From positions 1-64,000 of the forward strand of contig CBDCKN010000017.1 in the NCBI GenBank assembly GCA_965218295.1: 64,000 nt of DNA, read 5' to 3'. The stretch comes from Longimicrobiales bacterium (GTDB lineage Bacteria > Gemmatimonadota > Gemmatimonadetes > Longimicrobiales > Gaopeijiaceae). Positions 29,773-39,987 of the stretch are shown piece after piece. The notes under the pieces are model-generated. The model was not told the origin of the DNA, did no database searches, and saw only the letters and a list, made by a program, of their open reading frames with translations. The translations under genes were made by a program, and so were the position numbers. Position 1 is the stretch's first letter. Every line of letters starts with the position of its first letter.

Positions 29773-30564
29773 CTACCAGATGGACGGGGGCGCCCCTTGT
29801 TCGAGGACGACGCACATTCCGTCGTACCCCGCCAGCACGCGCCCGGTGTACCCCGATTGGCGGACCAGCTCCGGAACCTCATCGGGCGAAAGCGTGGGAT
29901 AGGCATGCGTCGTCACCACCAATGCCGGGGCGACCTCCCAGGCGAGTGCCGCCACCCCGCCGGGCGTCAAATGAGTATCAACGGATGGAGGATCCGGGTA
30001 CGCACACTCGGCGATCAGAAGGTCCGACCCCGCTAGAAAGCCCCCGAGGAGCGTGCTGTCCCCCGTGTCGCCCGTATACCCGACAGTCCCAGCCCCTCCG
30101 GCCCAACGATACGCGACCGAGTGCTCCGTGTGGACGGTCTCGCACGTCCTCAAGTCCACCGTGCCGTCGCTCCATCGGTCGTTCCGGGCCAGCTCCACCA
30201 CGGAGAGCTCGAAGCCGGGCTCGAGAACGTAGCCACCATAGGCCTCGACGAGGACGCTCAAAAGGCTGCCGAGGCCGGGTGGGCCGACAAGAGTGAGTGG
30301 GGTCGTGCGGGGCGGCGACACCCCGTGCGACAGAGCGAACATCAGAGGAGCCAGCCCACCGATGTGGTCAGTATGAAAATGGCTGAGGGCGATGTGAGTC
30401 AGGTCGGCCCACGGAATCCGGAACCGGCTCATGCCGTCCAGGACACCGGAGCCGCAGTCGAGGAGGAGGAGCGCGTCACCTTCCGCGACGAGGAACGCAG
30501 CCGGGTGGCGAAGATGGTCCGGCAACAGGGTGCCGGAGCCGAGGACCGTCACGCTGGCGGTCAT
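29773..30564 (-). CDS. MBL-fold metallo-hydrolase (RNase Z-like)
   Basis: VLGSG, LDCGSG, SHFHTDH, YTGDT, TH motifs. Confidence 0.85.
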   Translation of the reverse strand: MTASVTVLGSGTLLPDHLRHPAAFLVAEGDALLLLDCGSGVLDGMSRFRIPWADLTHIALSHFHTDHIGGLAPLMFALSHGVSPPRTTPLTLVGPPGLGSLLSVLVEAYGGYVLEPGFELSVVELARNDRWSDGTVDLRTCETVHTEHSVAYRWAGGAGTVGYTGDTGDSTLLGGFLAGSDLLIAECAYPDPPSVDTHLTPGGVAALAWEVAPALVVTTHAYPTLSPDEVPELVRQSGYTGRVLAGYDGMCVVLEQGAPPSIW

Positions 30565-30622
30565 AGTGATCTAGCCGACCCTGCGCCCCCCCGGGAACCG
30601 TACTATCGGCTCCGAGGTCCGA

Positions 30623-33600
30623 CTAGGCCGCCGAGCCGCCCACGTGCAGAGCCTCTTCGAGCTGCACCCCGACGACCGTGCTCACTCCGGGCTCCTCCAT
30701 GGTGACGCCGTAGATCCAATCGGCGGCCTCGATAGACCGCGGATTGTGGGTGATGATCACGAACTGCGTCTGCTCCTTGAACTCCTGGAGCAGGCGAATG
30801 AAGCGACCGATGTTGTTCTCGTCGAGCGGGGCATCGACTTCGTCGAGAATGCAGAACGGACTGGGCTTGACCAGGTAGATGCCGAAGAGCAGCGAGAGGG
30901 CTGTCAGCGCCCGCTCTCCACCCGACAGTAGGTCGATTCTCTGGGTCTTCTTCCCCCTCGGCGAGGCGTGGACTTCGATGGGCGATTCCAGCGGGTCTTC
31001 GGGATCGGCCAACCAGATGTCAGCCTCGCCTCCCTCGAACAGCCGATGGAAGGTGGACTGGAAGTTCCCCCGGATCTTCTCGAACGTGCTCTCGAAGAGG
31101 TCGATGGCAGTCTCATTGATCTGCTGGATGGCCGATTTCAAGTCGTTGTGCGCGGCTACCAGATCCTCGCGCTGCTCGTTGAGAAAGGCCAGCCTGGCAC
31201 TCTCCTCGGCATGCTCCTCGACCGCGAGCATGTTGACCAGCCCGATGCGCTCGAGCTTGACCACGAGCTCCTCGAGCTCCTCCCTCAGAGCCTCGGGCTC
31301 GCCCTCCACCGGCTCGGCCTCGTCGAGGAGACGCTCCAACGGACGACCCCACTCTCCCTCCAAGCGCTCCTGGATGAGTCCGATGCGGCCCGAGACCTCC
31401 TGTCGCTCCAGCTCGAGCTGATGACGCAGGTCCACCGCCTCGCGCTCGGCGCTGCGCGCCAGCCGAGCCGCCTTGTCCGCATCGGCCAACGCCTCGGCCA
31501 CGTCGGATAGCAGCTTGGTCCTCTCCTCGAGCACGCTCTCGGCTTCGTCACGCTCGCCGAAGAGCCGCTCCGTCGCGACCCGACCTTCCTCCTGGAGTCG
31601 CTGGGCCGTGTTCAGCTCGTCGGTGAGGACCTTCTCCTCGGCATCCAGCTCGCCCAGCCGATCGTCACCGACGGCAGCCTCACGAGCCAGATCCTGGAGT
31701 CGCTCCGCCATTCTCTCCGACTCGGCCTCCATGCGGGCCAGCGTCACCGACAGCCGCGACTCTTCTCCATGGGCCTCTTCCCATTCGTCCTGAACGCTGG
31801 CGAGGATCTCCCGCACTTTCTCGCGCTCGGCCCGGATATCACCCTCCTGGGCCAGGAGATTCTCACGATCCTCCCGCGCACTCTGGGCTCGCTCCAGAGC
31901 TCTGGCCCTGGCCGCCTTGCCTCCCTCCAGCTGTCTGGCAAGCTCGTCCCGGTGGGTGTCGACCCTGGCGCGGCGGTCCACCTGGGCCACCATCTCGGCG
32001 CTGGTTTGCCTCAGCTCATCCTCGGCCTCGAGGAATGAGATCCGGGCGACTGCGAGGACTTCTTCGGCCTTTTCCTCGGCAGCCTCTGCGTTCTCGACCT
32101 CTTGCCTCGCACCGGCCGCTTCGCCTACTGCCTCGTCCAGTGCCTGGCGGATTGACTCGACGCGAGCCCTTCGCTCGAGCACACCGGACGTGCCCGAGGG
32201 TCTACCGACCTTGATGAAGCCTCGTGGATCGGTGACCATCCCTGCGATTGAGAGCTGTGCGCGCTCGGGAGCGGGGCCGACGGACTCCTGGGTCTCGACC
32301 AGATCAACCTCGCCGAGTAGGGCTTCGATCCAGGGGGCTCCTTCTCCCTTGGCCTTGACGGCTTTCAGCAGAGAGCCCCCCGCCGGATCGGGAACTCGAT
32401 CGAGCGGAAGCAAGACCAGGCCGCCTCCCTCGGCCCAATCGTCGGCGAACCAACGAACGATCCGGTCGGCGGAGGCGCCATCGCGCACCACGAGAGCCTG
32501 TGCGAGGGGGCCCAGGTATGTCTCCACCACCGATGCCACCTCGCCCGGGGCTTCGATGAAGTCCGGGAGGGATCCCACGACGCCGGCGTCCTCGAGGGCG
32601 AGGGCCGCCTTGGCGGCGGGATCGATTCCCTCTCGTCTGAGGCCGAGGGCCTCCAGAGCCGCGACTTCCACCTCCATGCCCTGGACCGTCCGAACCGCAT
32701 CGAGCTCCCTACGCCTCGCTTCGTCGAAGGCCTTGCGCTGGCCGCCGAGAGCCTCCTGAGCCGCATCGAGGCGCTTCCGGACGTCCTGCACGGCCGCTTC
32801 CAGTCCGTCGAGGCGGGTCGTGAAAAGATCGCCCTGCGACTCCAGGTCATTCAGAACGTTGGAGGCGTCACTCAGCTCCGCGGTAATGTGCTTGATGCGG
32901 CGCTCGAGTTCGGCGGCCTGGCCCTGGGAAGCCTCGGCATCGCCCTCGAGCTGCGCGCCCCTCCGGACCAAATCCCGCTCCCGGTGCTCCTTCTCCTCTA
33001 CACGGTCGCGGGCTTCCTGGAGACGCGCCTTCACGACCGCGGACGCGTCCGCTTGACGACTCACCTCCGCCCTGACCCGCTCCAGCTCCCGTTCCTGCCC
33101 CTCGTGACTTCCCTGAAGCTCGGCCGATTCGCCCCTGACATCATCCAGGCGCTTCGACCAGGCCTCGCGGTCACCTCCGATCTGACTCAACCGTCGCATG
33201 GCGTAGCCTCCGCGCTCCTCCGCCACCGCGAGATCCCGCTCCCACTCGACGAGCTGAGCCTTCACCTGGGCGAGGGCCGCGGCAGCCTTTGCCCTGGAGC
33301 GCTCCGCCGTTACCTCCTTGAGCCGCAGCCTCTCGTAGGTCGCTTCCGCAGCACGGAGCTCGGCCACCATCCCCTGACCTGTCTTTCGATCGCCCTCCAG
33401 GGCCGCATCGAGCTCCTTCAGGCGCACCTCCAGATCGGCCAAGTTGTTGCGCACGACGGCGACCTCGACTGACAGCCGCCGCTCCCGGAGAGCCCCGTAC
33501 CGTTCTGCCTTCCCCTTCTGCCGAGCCAGAGAGCACACTTTGGTCTCGACCTCGGCGATGACGTCTTCCAAACGGGTGAGATCGTTCTCGGCGTGCTCCA

Positions 33601-34141
33601 GGCGACGGAGGGCGGCCTTTCGCCTGTCCTTGTACTTACCGATGCCCGAAGCCTCCTCGAAAAGCTGCCGCCTCTCCTCCGCCCGATCGGAGAGAATGGC
33701 GTCGATCATCCGGTTCTCGATCACCGAATAGGCGTTGGCGCCGAGCCCGGTGTCACGGAAGAGGTCGACCACGTCGCGCAGACGACAGGTCGAGCGGTTG
33801 AGCGAGTAATCGCTCCCCCCGTCTCGGTACACGGTACGGCCGATCTCGACCTCCTCGTACGCAACCGGGAGAACCCCGTCCTCGTTGCTCACCACCATGG
33901 TAACCGCGCCCCGGTTCACGGGGTGGCGATTCAGAGAGCCCTGGAAGATGGCCTCCTCCATCTTCCCTCCCCGGATGGCGGAGGGGCGTTGCTCTCCCAG
34001 TACCCAGCGAACGGCGTCGCTGATATTCGATTTTCCGCAGCCGTTGGGCCCGACGATGGCCGTGATGCCCTCGTGGAAGTCGATGACGGTGGCGTCAGCA
34101 AAAGACTTGAACCCATGTACGCGAAGTGATCGGAGTTTCAT
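30623..34141 (-). CDS. smc: Chromosome segregation protein SMC
   Basis: GFKSF, GPNGCGKSN, long coiled coils, LSGGE, LDEVDAPLD. Confidence 0.97.
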   Translation of the reverse strand: MKLRSLRVHGFKSFADATVIDFHEGITAIVGPNGCGKSNISDAVRWVLGEQRPSAIRGGKMEEAIFQGSLNRHPVNRGAVTMVVSNEDGVLPVAYEEVEIGRTVYRDGGSDYSLNRSTCRLRDVVDLFRDTGLGANAYSVIENRMIDAILSDRAEERRQLFEEASGIGKYKDRRKAALRRLEHAENDLTRLEDVIAEVETKVCSLARQKGKAERYGALRERRLSVEVAVVRNNLADLEVRLKELDAALEGDRKTGQGMVAELRAAEATYERLRLKEVTAERSRAKAAAALAQVKAQLVEWERDLAVAEERGGYAMRRLSQIGGDREAWSKRLDDVRGESAELQGSHEGQERELERVRAEVSRQADASAVVKARLQEARDRVEEKEHRERDLVRRGAQLEGDAEASQGQAAELERRIKHITAELSDASNVLNDLESQGDLFTTRLDGLEAAVQDVRKRLDAAQEALGGQRKAFDEARRRELDAVRTVQGMEVEVAALEALGLRREGIDPAAKAALALEDAGVVGSLPDFIEAPGEVASVVETYLGPLAQALVVRDGASADRIVRWFADDWAEGGGLVLLPLDRVPDPAGGSLLKAVKAKGEGAPWIEALLGEVDLVETQESVGPAPERAQLSIAGMVTDPRGFIKVGRPSGTSGVLERRARVESIRQALDEAVGEAAGARQEVENAEAAEEKAEEVLAVARISFLEAEDELRQTSAEMVAQVDRRARVDTHRDELARQLEGGKAARARALERAQSAREDRENLLAQEGDIRAEREKVREILASVQDEWEEAHGEESRLSVTLARMEAESERMAERLQDLAREAAVGDDRLGELDAEEKVLTDELNTAQRLQEEGRVATERLFGERDEAESVLEERTKLLSDVAEALADADKAARLARSAEREAVDLRHQLELERQEVSGRIGLIQERLEGEWGRPLERLLDEAEPVEGEPEALREELEELVVKLERIGLVNMLAVEEHAEESARLAFLNEQREDLVAAHNDLKSAIQQINETAIDLFESTFEKIRGNFQSTFHRLFEGGEADIWLADPEDPLESPIEVHASPRGKKTQRIDLLSGGERALTALSLLFGIYLVKPSPFCILDEVDAPLDENNIGRFIRLLQEFKEQTQFVIITHNPRSIEAADWIYGVTMEEPGVSTVVGVQLEEALHVGGSAA

Positions 34142-36552
34142 TGGGGCAGTCGGCCCCTCCGTTCAGTCAGACGTACGTCACCCAGGTCGTTCGCACGAAG
34201 GAGTCGCCCCATCGCAGCGGCCTGGAACTCGTCCACAAAAGCTCCGCCATAGACGCGCAGCCCCGTGGTTCCATCAGGATAGCTCACCTCCAGTACGTGA
34301 GCCGGTATGGAGAGAGCGGCCAGCGACTGGACCCTACCGGCCGCGGCCGCCGCCTCGGCGTACTCGTCGAAGAAGAACGAGTATCTCGCCTCCTGAACCG
34401 TCCACATAGCCGGATTGAGGCGGTCCAGGACCTGAGCCAGAGGCTCCTTCAGGGCGTCTGCCTCCACTGCGCTGAAGGCGGGGCCTGCGAGCAGCGCGTA
34501 TTGGTCGGCCCCGGCCACGTCGATAACGGTCACGAAGAACAGAAGCTCGGGAAGCCGCCCCCGGAGCGCGTCCACCGTACTCGAGGCCGTTTCCATGCTG
34601 CGCCAGGCATCGACCATGAGCACATGGCTTATCACTGGCGTCTCGGGCGTCGGGCCGGGTAGCTCTACCGGGGGTGGCACGCCAGAGCGCACGCGCTCAG
34701 GCGGTGTGACCCCGGGGATGTTGATGAAGCCGAAATACGCAGCCGTGATACCTCCGCCCCCCACGATCAAGGCTGTGGCCATACCCACCAGCAGCTGCCG
34801 GACCCTGGCTCCCCGCCTTCGCCGCCGATCCAACTCCTCCAACCCCGACATCTTGCGAGGCGGGCCTTCCTCCAGGTCGACGGCAGTCTCGCCTGCCGTG
34901 TCTTCGGGGAGCGCATCAGTGCCGGCTCCCATTGCCTCTACGGCCGCATCCACGGCGATGGACTCGTCGGCGCCTACCGAGGGATCCCCGGGAGGCGCGT
35001 CACTGGTGGCCAGGGATGCCACAGGCTCGGGCGAACCCAGATCGGGATCGTCGAATGCCAAGTCTCCCGCGGCCCCGCTGAGATCTTCCGCTGGCACCAG
35101 CTCCTCGTCGTCGAGCAGGTCGTCCTCCGCGAGGGGGCTGGCTTCCACCTCGAGGTCGCCGTCTCCGAAGCCGAGGTCGTCTGAGTCCTCGGCCTCCCCT
35201 ACCTGCTCCGCACCCGGACCGGCCTCGAAGCCGGCCGCGGCACCCTCTTCGACAACGCCACTCTCCAAGTCGTCCGGAGCGTCTTCCAGCTCGAATCCGG
35301 CCCCTGTCTCGAAGCCCTCCATGTCCAGATGGGCATCCTCGGCGGCTGCCGCCTCGTCCATCTCGATCGTGGATCCCCTCACACCCTCGACGGCTGGCAT
35401 GCCCGGCTCTTCGACGGCCGCCTCATCGGCAATTGCCGGTCCCTCCACCTCCGTGACCTCTACCTCCGCGGCCTCCGCCTCCGGGGGGGCCACCTCTACC
35501 GGCTCGACCTCCAAGGGCTCCATCTCATCAGGGGCTCCGACGAGAGGAGCTCGAGCCTCTGGCTCGGCTTCGTCAGACGCGTCGTACTGCGATCCCGCCA
35601 CACCTTCGAGACTGAACCCGTCCGAATCATCAACTTCGTCCGCCGCATTACCGGTTGAGTCGGGGAGTCCCTCCATGGTGAAGAGTCCCGCGTCACCAGC
35701 CGGCTCTTCCGTGACGCCGGCCGGAACGACTTCGGCCCCGAGGGGAGTCTCGACCTCCGGCTCCGGCTCGGACTCTATCGTCGGCTCCACCTCGAGCTCG
35801 GGCTCCCGTTCGTCATCAATTTCAGAGATCATCTCCACCTCCGGCTCTGCTTCTGACTCTGCCTCGAGCGGCGCTACGAACTCAGGCTCAGGCTCCGACG
35901 TCATGTCGACTTCCGGCTCCATGACCGGCGGGGCGATCTCGTCGGCGCCGACCTCCCCAGCGGCCTCCGGACCGAGCACGGCAAGGATGCGATCCGACGC
36001 GGAGCCCAGGATCGACGACACGTCCTCCGCCGCCTCCGCGACAACGATGACTCCCGCCGCCTGGTCGAGGAGGGCCCGAGCTCCGGTCGTGGCCGCTGAC
36101 AAATGCAGCAGGAGCACCGCCCCCGCCTCCTGGAAGCCGCTGATCACGGTATCCCACTTGGGATGCGCTAAGACTTCCGCGGCGTCGTCCACGGGGGTCC
36201 CGGCCGGGGCAAAGAGGATCCCGCCCCCGACGGATCGGGCCACACGCTTCACCGACGCTCCGTAGAGCATGACGTCGGACACGCCCTCATCATTCGTGCC
36301 GTCTACCGACTCGTGGAGAACCGGGTCCTCGAGGGACGCGTCCGCGAGCAGGACGCTTCGGCCCTTGGCGGCCCAGCCCCGGGCGACGAGCAGGCTCACC
36401 TCCGCCCCCCAGCGTCGATCGATCTCAGGTGCCACCAGGAGAACGACGCAGCCCGTGGTGGAATCGAAGGAATCCAGTGCGGCGTCGATGTGCTCGGGCA
36501 GACCCTCGTTGGCCGGATCTATGGGCTGCCAGGCTGGATTATATGGGCTCAT
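34138..36552 (-). CDS. Degenerate MinD/BY-kinase-like domain + long acidic linker + TM + SPOR-like domains
   Basis: VLLADASLEDPVLH...NDEGVSDVM resembles the MinD/CpsD DADL..P.LH segment but no Walker A; E/D/P-rich middle; RRRRR then TM; YALLAGPAF and LRVYGGAF SPOR-like ends. Confidence 0.7.
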   Translation of the reverse strand: MSPYNPAWQPIDPANEGLPEHIDAALDSFDSTTGCVVLLVAPEIDRRWGAEVSLLVARGWAAKGRSVLLADASLEDPVLHESVDGTNDEGVSDVMLYGASVKRVARSVGGGILFAPAGTPVDDAAEVLAHPKWDTVISGFQEAGAVLLLHLSAATTGARALLDQAAGVIVVAEAAEDVSSILGSASDRILAVLGPEAAGEVGADEIAPPVMEPEVDMTSEPEPEFVAPLEAESEAEPEVEMISEIDDEREPELEVEPTIESEPEPEVETPLGAEVVPAGVTEEPAGDAGLFTMEGLPDSTGNAADEVDDSDGFSLEGVAGSQYDASDEAEPEARAPLVGAPDEMEPLEVEPVEVAPPEAEAAEVEVTEVEGPAIADEAAVEEPGMPAVEGVRGSTIEMDEAAAAEDAHLDMEGFETGAGFELEDAPDDLESGVVEEGAAAGFEAGPGAEQVGEAEDSDDLGFGDGDLEVEASPLAEDDLLDDEELVPAEDLSGAAGDLAFDDPDLGSPEPVASLATSDAPPGDPSVGADESIAVDAAVEAMGAGTDALPEDTAGETAVDLEEGPPRKMSGLEELDRRRRRGARVRQLLVGMATALIVGGGGITAAYFGFINIPGVTPPERVRSGVPPPVELPGPTPETPVISHVLMVDAWRSMETASSTVDALRGRLPELLFFVTVIDVAGADQYALLAGPAFSAVEADALKEPLAQVLDRLNPAMWTVQEARYSFFFDEYAEAAAAAGRVQSLAALSIPAHVLEVSYPDGTTGLRVYGGAFVDEFQAAAMGRLLRANDLGDVRLTERRGRLPQ

Positions 36553-36699
36553 CCGTGCACCCTTCGCATGGTGAAGATTCCGCGCCGCGACGGGCACGAT
36601 GCACCAGAGGAACAGAGACCTCGCGATCCCCGTCTTGATGGCGGCAAAGGTAACCCACCCTCCAGAGGAGGTCCACTGGAATCGTAGGAGTATCGGCCC

Positions 36700-38025
36700 T
36701 CAACGCACATATCGACCTATCCGTCGCTCGAGCTCCGGTGCGCCCCCCGGCGAAGCATTCAACGCTGCCCCCATGACCTCGGCTTCCGCAGGGCTCTGAT
36801 AGGCTCCGGCATACACCCGGAACAGGGGCCTCTGCATGCCGCCGACCTCGAGGACATATGCGCCGATACCCGCGTTGCGGACCTCCGCCACCCGGACCTG
36901 CGCCGCCTCCGACGACTCGAACTCCCCGAAACCATATGCCAAAGGGGTCGGACGCACGATCCAACGAGCCGCGTTCTCGTCGGAAAGCGTCTCCGCCAGG
37001 GACGCCCGCAGGCGCTCGGCCCCCAGAGAGTCCTCGACGGGGCCGGCGAGGACCCGATGATAGACGCGGCCCGACACTCGCACCGGAGCGACGATGAAGA
37101 GCAGGTCTGGACGCCGTCGGGCCATCCTCTGGGCCTGCCGTCCGGCGGTCTCGCCCGCCTGGTAGGCAGCCAGTGCCAGCGAATACGCCTGGTGCGGCCC
37201 GGCCAGCGACGTCGATGGCGCCGAGGAAACGGGTGGCTGGGGAGCAGTAGCCTCCACTAACGGTGGTACGGGTTCCGAGGCTGTGAACATGACCTGCCAC
37301 AGGGCCAGGGCCCCCAGCCCCACGAGGGTACCGGCCAGGGCCGGCCGCCACAGGATGACCCTCGGCTCAGGACTGGGCTCTTCACCCATGGTCTCGGTCT
37401 CCTGCTGCACGTCTGCGACGGCGCTCGAATCAGCAGTGGAGCCGAAGTCATCCGCAGCGGGCTGCTGGGGTGCCTCCGGCGGCTCTGCCGCCTGCGCCCC
37501 CTTCGCACCCCGGTCCTCCACGAGGCCTGCCACATCGTCGAGAGCGAAGGACTGGGCCACCCACTCCGCCTCGGTGGGGTCGCCGGCCAAGAGCAGCGTC
37601 GCAGCGCTGCGGGCTACCAGAGCATCCACGCCCGGTAGTTCTGCGGGCACATAGAACAGGATCGTGGCCTGAGCGTCCCCCACCTCCTCCACGAAGGCGG
37701 CCCATTCATCACTCAGAGTGACTTCTGTGGGATCTTCGATCGGCGTCCCGACAGAAACGAACTGGAAGCCCGGCGTCCCCACCTGTTGTGCCACCGAAGG
37801 GATCGGTGCCTCTCGGAGGACGACACGGTGGCCCTGACCGGACCAAGCCCGGGCGAGGGCCACGGCAGCAGTGGGACTCCAGGATGACCGGATGACGTCC
37901 GGGGCGACGATGAGGGTGACGACGCCCCTCCCGGCGCCGGAGAGGAGTGCGCCGGGTGCCGCGATCACCGGTAGACGACCGGAGTCGGGGTCGAACGGGT
38001 ATAGTTGCGAGTGGCCCCGATCCAA
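36700..38025 (-). CDS. Shorter paralog: degenerate NTPase-like domain + TM + SPOR-like domains
   Basis: Collinear similarity to 34138-36552; YHRVLAGP and FRVYAGAY SPOR-like motifs. Confidence 0.7.
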   Translation of the reverse strand: MDRGHSQLYPFDPDSGRLPVIAAPGALLSGAGRGVVTLIVAPDVIRSSWSPTAAVALARAWSGQGHRVVLREAPIPSVAQQVGTPGFQFVSVGTPIEDPTEVTLSDEWAAFVEEVGDAQATILFYVPAELPGVDALVARSAATLLLAGDPTEAEWVAQSFALDDVAGLVEDRGAKGAQAAEPPEAPQQPAADDFGSTADSSAVADVQQETETMGEEPSPEPRVILWRPALAGTLVGLGALALWQVMFTASEPVPPLVEATAPQPPVSSAPSTSLAGPHQAYSLALAAYQAGETAGRQAQRMARRRPDLLFIVAPVRVSGRVYHRVLAGPVEDSLGAERLRASLAETLSDENAARWIVRPTPLAYGFGEFESSEAAQVRVAEVRNAGIGAYVLEVGGMQRPLFRVYAGAYQSPAEAEVMGAALNASPGGAPELERRIGRYVR

Positions 38026-38170
38026 CGGGCCCTACGCTCCTAGCGAGGGTTGGATTGCAGCCTCCGTCGATGCGTCCATGGGCAACTCGTTTCGGCTGCC
38101 ACCTCAAGCTACATGTCCACCCGGACGCTTGTAAACAGGCTTGACAGGGGGTGCGGTACGGCAGTCCTCG

Positions 38171-38539
38171 TCACTCGAACTCAAACATCGTAGCGTCCCC
38201 CCAAAGAACCTCGAGCTGGTAGAATTCCCGGGCCCCCGGGTGAAAGACATGCACCACGAACTCGATGTAATCGACGAGGACCCAGCGGCCCCCCTGCAGT
38301 CCCTCGACATGGGCCGGTCGGATACCCTCCTTCTTCAGTTCCCCGATGACGTGGTCGGCGATAGCTTTCACCTGGACGTGGGACTGCCCGGTGGCGAGCA
38401 GGAAGTAGTCCGTGGCGTTCGAGATGCCCCTCAGGTCGAGTGCAACCACGTCGGCTGCCTTGCGTTCGAGGGCGCACTCCGCTGCTCGCTGCACGTCTTG
38501 GCCAATCTCGGACACGTCGGTTCTCGACTGATCTCCCAT
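38171..38539 (-). CDS. rsfS: Ribosome silencing factor RsfS
   Basis: KAADVVALDL, DYFLLATG, WVLVDY, REFYQLEVLW. Confidence 0.94.
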   Translation of the reverse strand: MGDQSRTDVSEIGQDVQRAAECALERKAADVVALDLRGISNATDYFLLATGQSHVQVKAIADHVIGELKKEGIRPAHVEGLQGGRWVLVDYIEFVVHVFHPGAREFYQLEVLWGDATMFEFE

Positions 38540-38555
38540 GCCGACCTCTAGAGGC

Positions 38556-39011
38556 TTACTCCTCGCCTCGCTCCATACGAACCTCCACGTCGACCTCGAC
38601 CTGACTGTGGAGGCGAACCGGCACCTTGAAGGTCCCCAGGAGCTTCAACGGTTCTTCGAGTATGACGGTGCGTCGGTCCACCTCGAAATCCAGCTCTCCA
38701 TGGTTCAACTGATCGGCGACGTCTGCGTTCGTTACGGAGCCGAACAGCTTGCCGTCATCCCCCGCCCTGACGTGAAATACGAGCGACGTTCCTTCGAGCT
38801 GGGATGCCCGACGACGCGCCTCCAGGTAGTCGTGCCTGGCGCTCTCCTCGGCCCGCGCATGCTCCTCTTCCAACCTCTTCAGGTTGGCGTCACTCGCCAC
38901 GTACGCGAGTCCTTGGGGAATCAGATAGTTCCGCGCGTAACCCGGCCTTACGTCGATGATGTCGCCCTCACCTCCGAGCGTCTCCACCGCCTTCCTCAGA
39001 ATGAGCTTCAT
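38556..39011 (-). CDS. rplI: 50S ribosomal protein L9
   Basis: MKLILR...VRPGYARNYLIPQG, GKLFGSVT. Confidence 0.97.
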   Translation of the reverse strand: MKLILRKAVETLGGEGDIIDVRPGYARNYLIPQGLAYVASDANLKRLEEEHARAEESARHDYLEARRRASQLEGTSLVFHVRAGDDGKLFGSVTNADVADQLNHGELDFEVDRRTVILEEPLKLLGTFKVPVRLHSQVEVDVEVRMERGEE

Positions 39012-39024
39012 GGACCGTCTCCGT

Positions 39025-39966
39025 CTACGAGTCAGTGCCGCTGGCCGACGCCTCGGCCTTGGCGCGTAGGTCGAGCCAAGTATCGCCGACGCCGATGACC
39101 AGCGCCCCCATGATCAATACAGGCGCAAGGAACAACATGCCGAGCGCGACCGCCAAGAAACCGAACAGCGAGATACCACCGTTGAAGAACAGAACCACGG
39201 CGGCCCCTCGGATGGCATAGAGCCCGCCCATGAACACGACGGCGTTGGTCCCCGCCAACGTCCATGCCTCACCCAATCCGAGCACGATCAAGGTCAGCCC
39301 CACCAGTAACAGCCACACGAAGTGGTCGTTGAACCGGAAATCCTTGAGCGGCCCCAATCCCTGGTCACTCCCCGCAGCGAGTCTAACGTAGCCCCACCAG
39401 GCCACTCCGAGTCCCGCTAGTGACGACAGACCGAGAAGCGCCGGGAAGAGTCTTCCCTGCTGCGCCGCAGTCGCGAACACTGTGTTGACCATGGCAGTCG
39501 GGATGTCCCGTTCGGGGTTCAGGGCGGTCAGCAGGCTAATGGCCAGGCTGACACTCTTCATGATTCCGTCGGTAACGAGCCAGTCCACCATGGCCCAGGA
39601 GCCCGGTTGGAGCGCCAGAAGTGCCGCTACGAGGGCGAAGGTGCCCAGGACGGCCCCCAAGGCTCGCGGGAAGAACCGGCTGCCGGGCCAGCGCATCGTC
39701 AGGACCACGAACCATCCCGCCAAGACGACCGCCCACCCGCGCTCCAGATACCAGATACCGCCGCGTGCTGTAACCCCCAATGTGACCATCACGGCCAGAA
39801 TGGCGGCCATCACCGTCGGAAACCTGCGGGCACCCAAGACCAGCGCGAGGACCAGGAACGGTACCGCCACCAACACCCCTGCACTGACAACTGCCAGCGC
39901 GAGAGTGACGAGCAGGAGTGCGGCGGCGCGCAGCCATGTTCGCTCCGGCCGCGCCGTGGAATCCAA
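39025..39966 (-). CDS. DUF2232 (YybS-like) membrane protein
   Basis: Multi-TM; C-terminal GVGDTWLDLR; position between rpsR and rplI. Confidence 0.75.
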   Translation of the reverse strand: MDSTARPERTWLRAAALLLVTLALAVVSAGVLVAVPFLVLALVLGARRFPTVMAAILAVMVTLGVTARGGIWYLERGWAVVLAGWFVVLTMRWPGSRFFPRALGAVLGTFALVAALLALQPGSWAMVDWLVTDGIMKSVSLAISLLTALNPERDIPTAMVNTVFATAAQQGRLFPALLGLSSLAGLGVAWWGYVRLAAGSDQGLGPLKDFRFNDHFVWLLLVGLTLIVLGLGEAWTLAGTNAVVFMGGLYAIRGAAVVLFFNGGISLFGFLAVALGMLFLAPVLIMGALVIGVGDTWLDLRAKAEASASGTDS

Positions 39967-39987
39967 GAGATCTCGCTCCGAAGAGGC

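Noticed and set aside
34595..36265. 556-aa Ser-rich plus-strand ORF
   Set aside because: Antisense shadow of the acidic low-complexity gene 34138-36552
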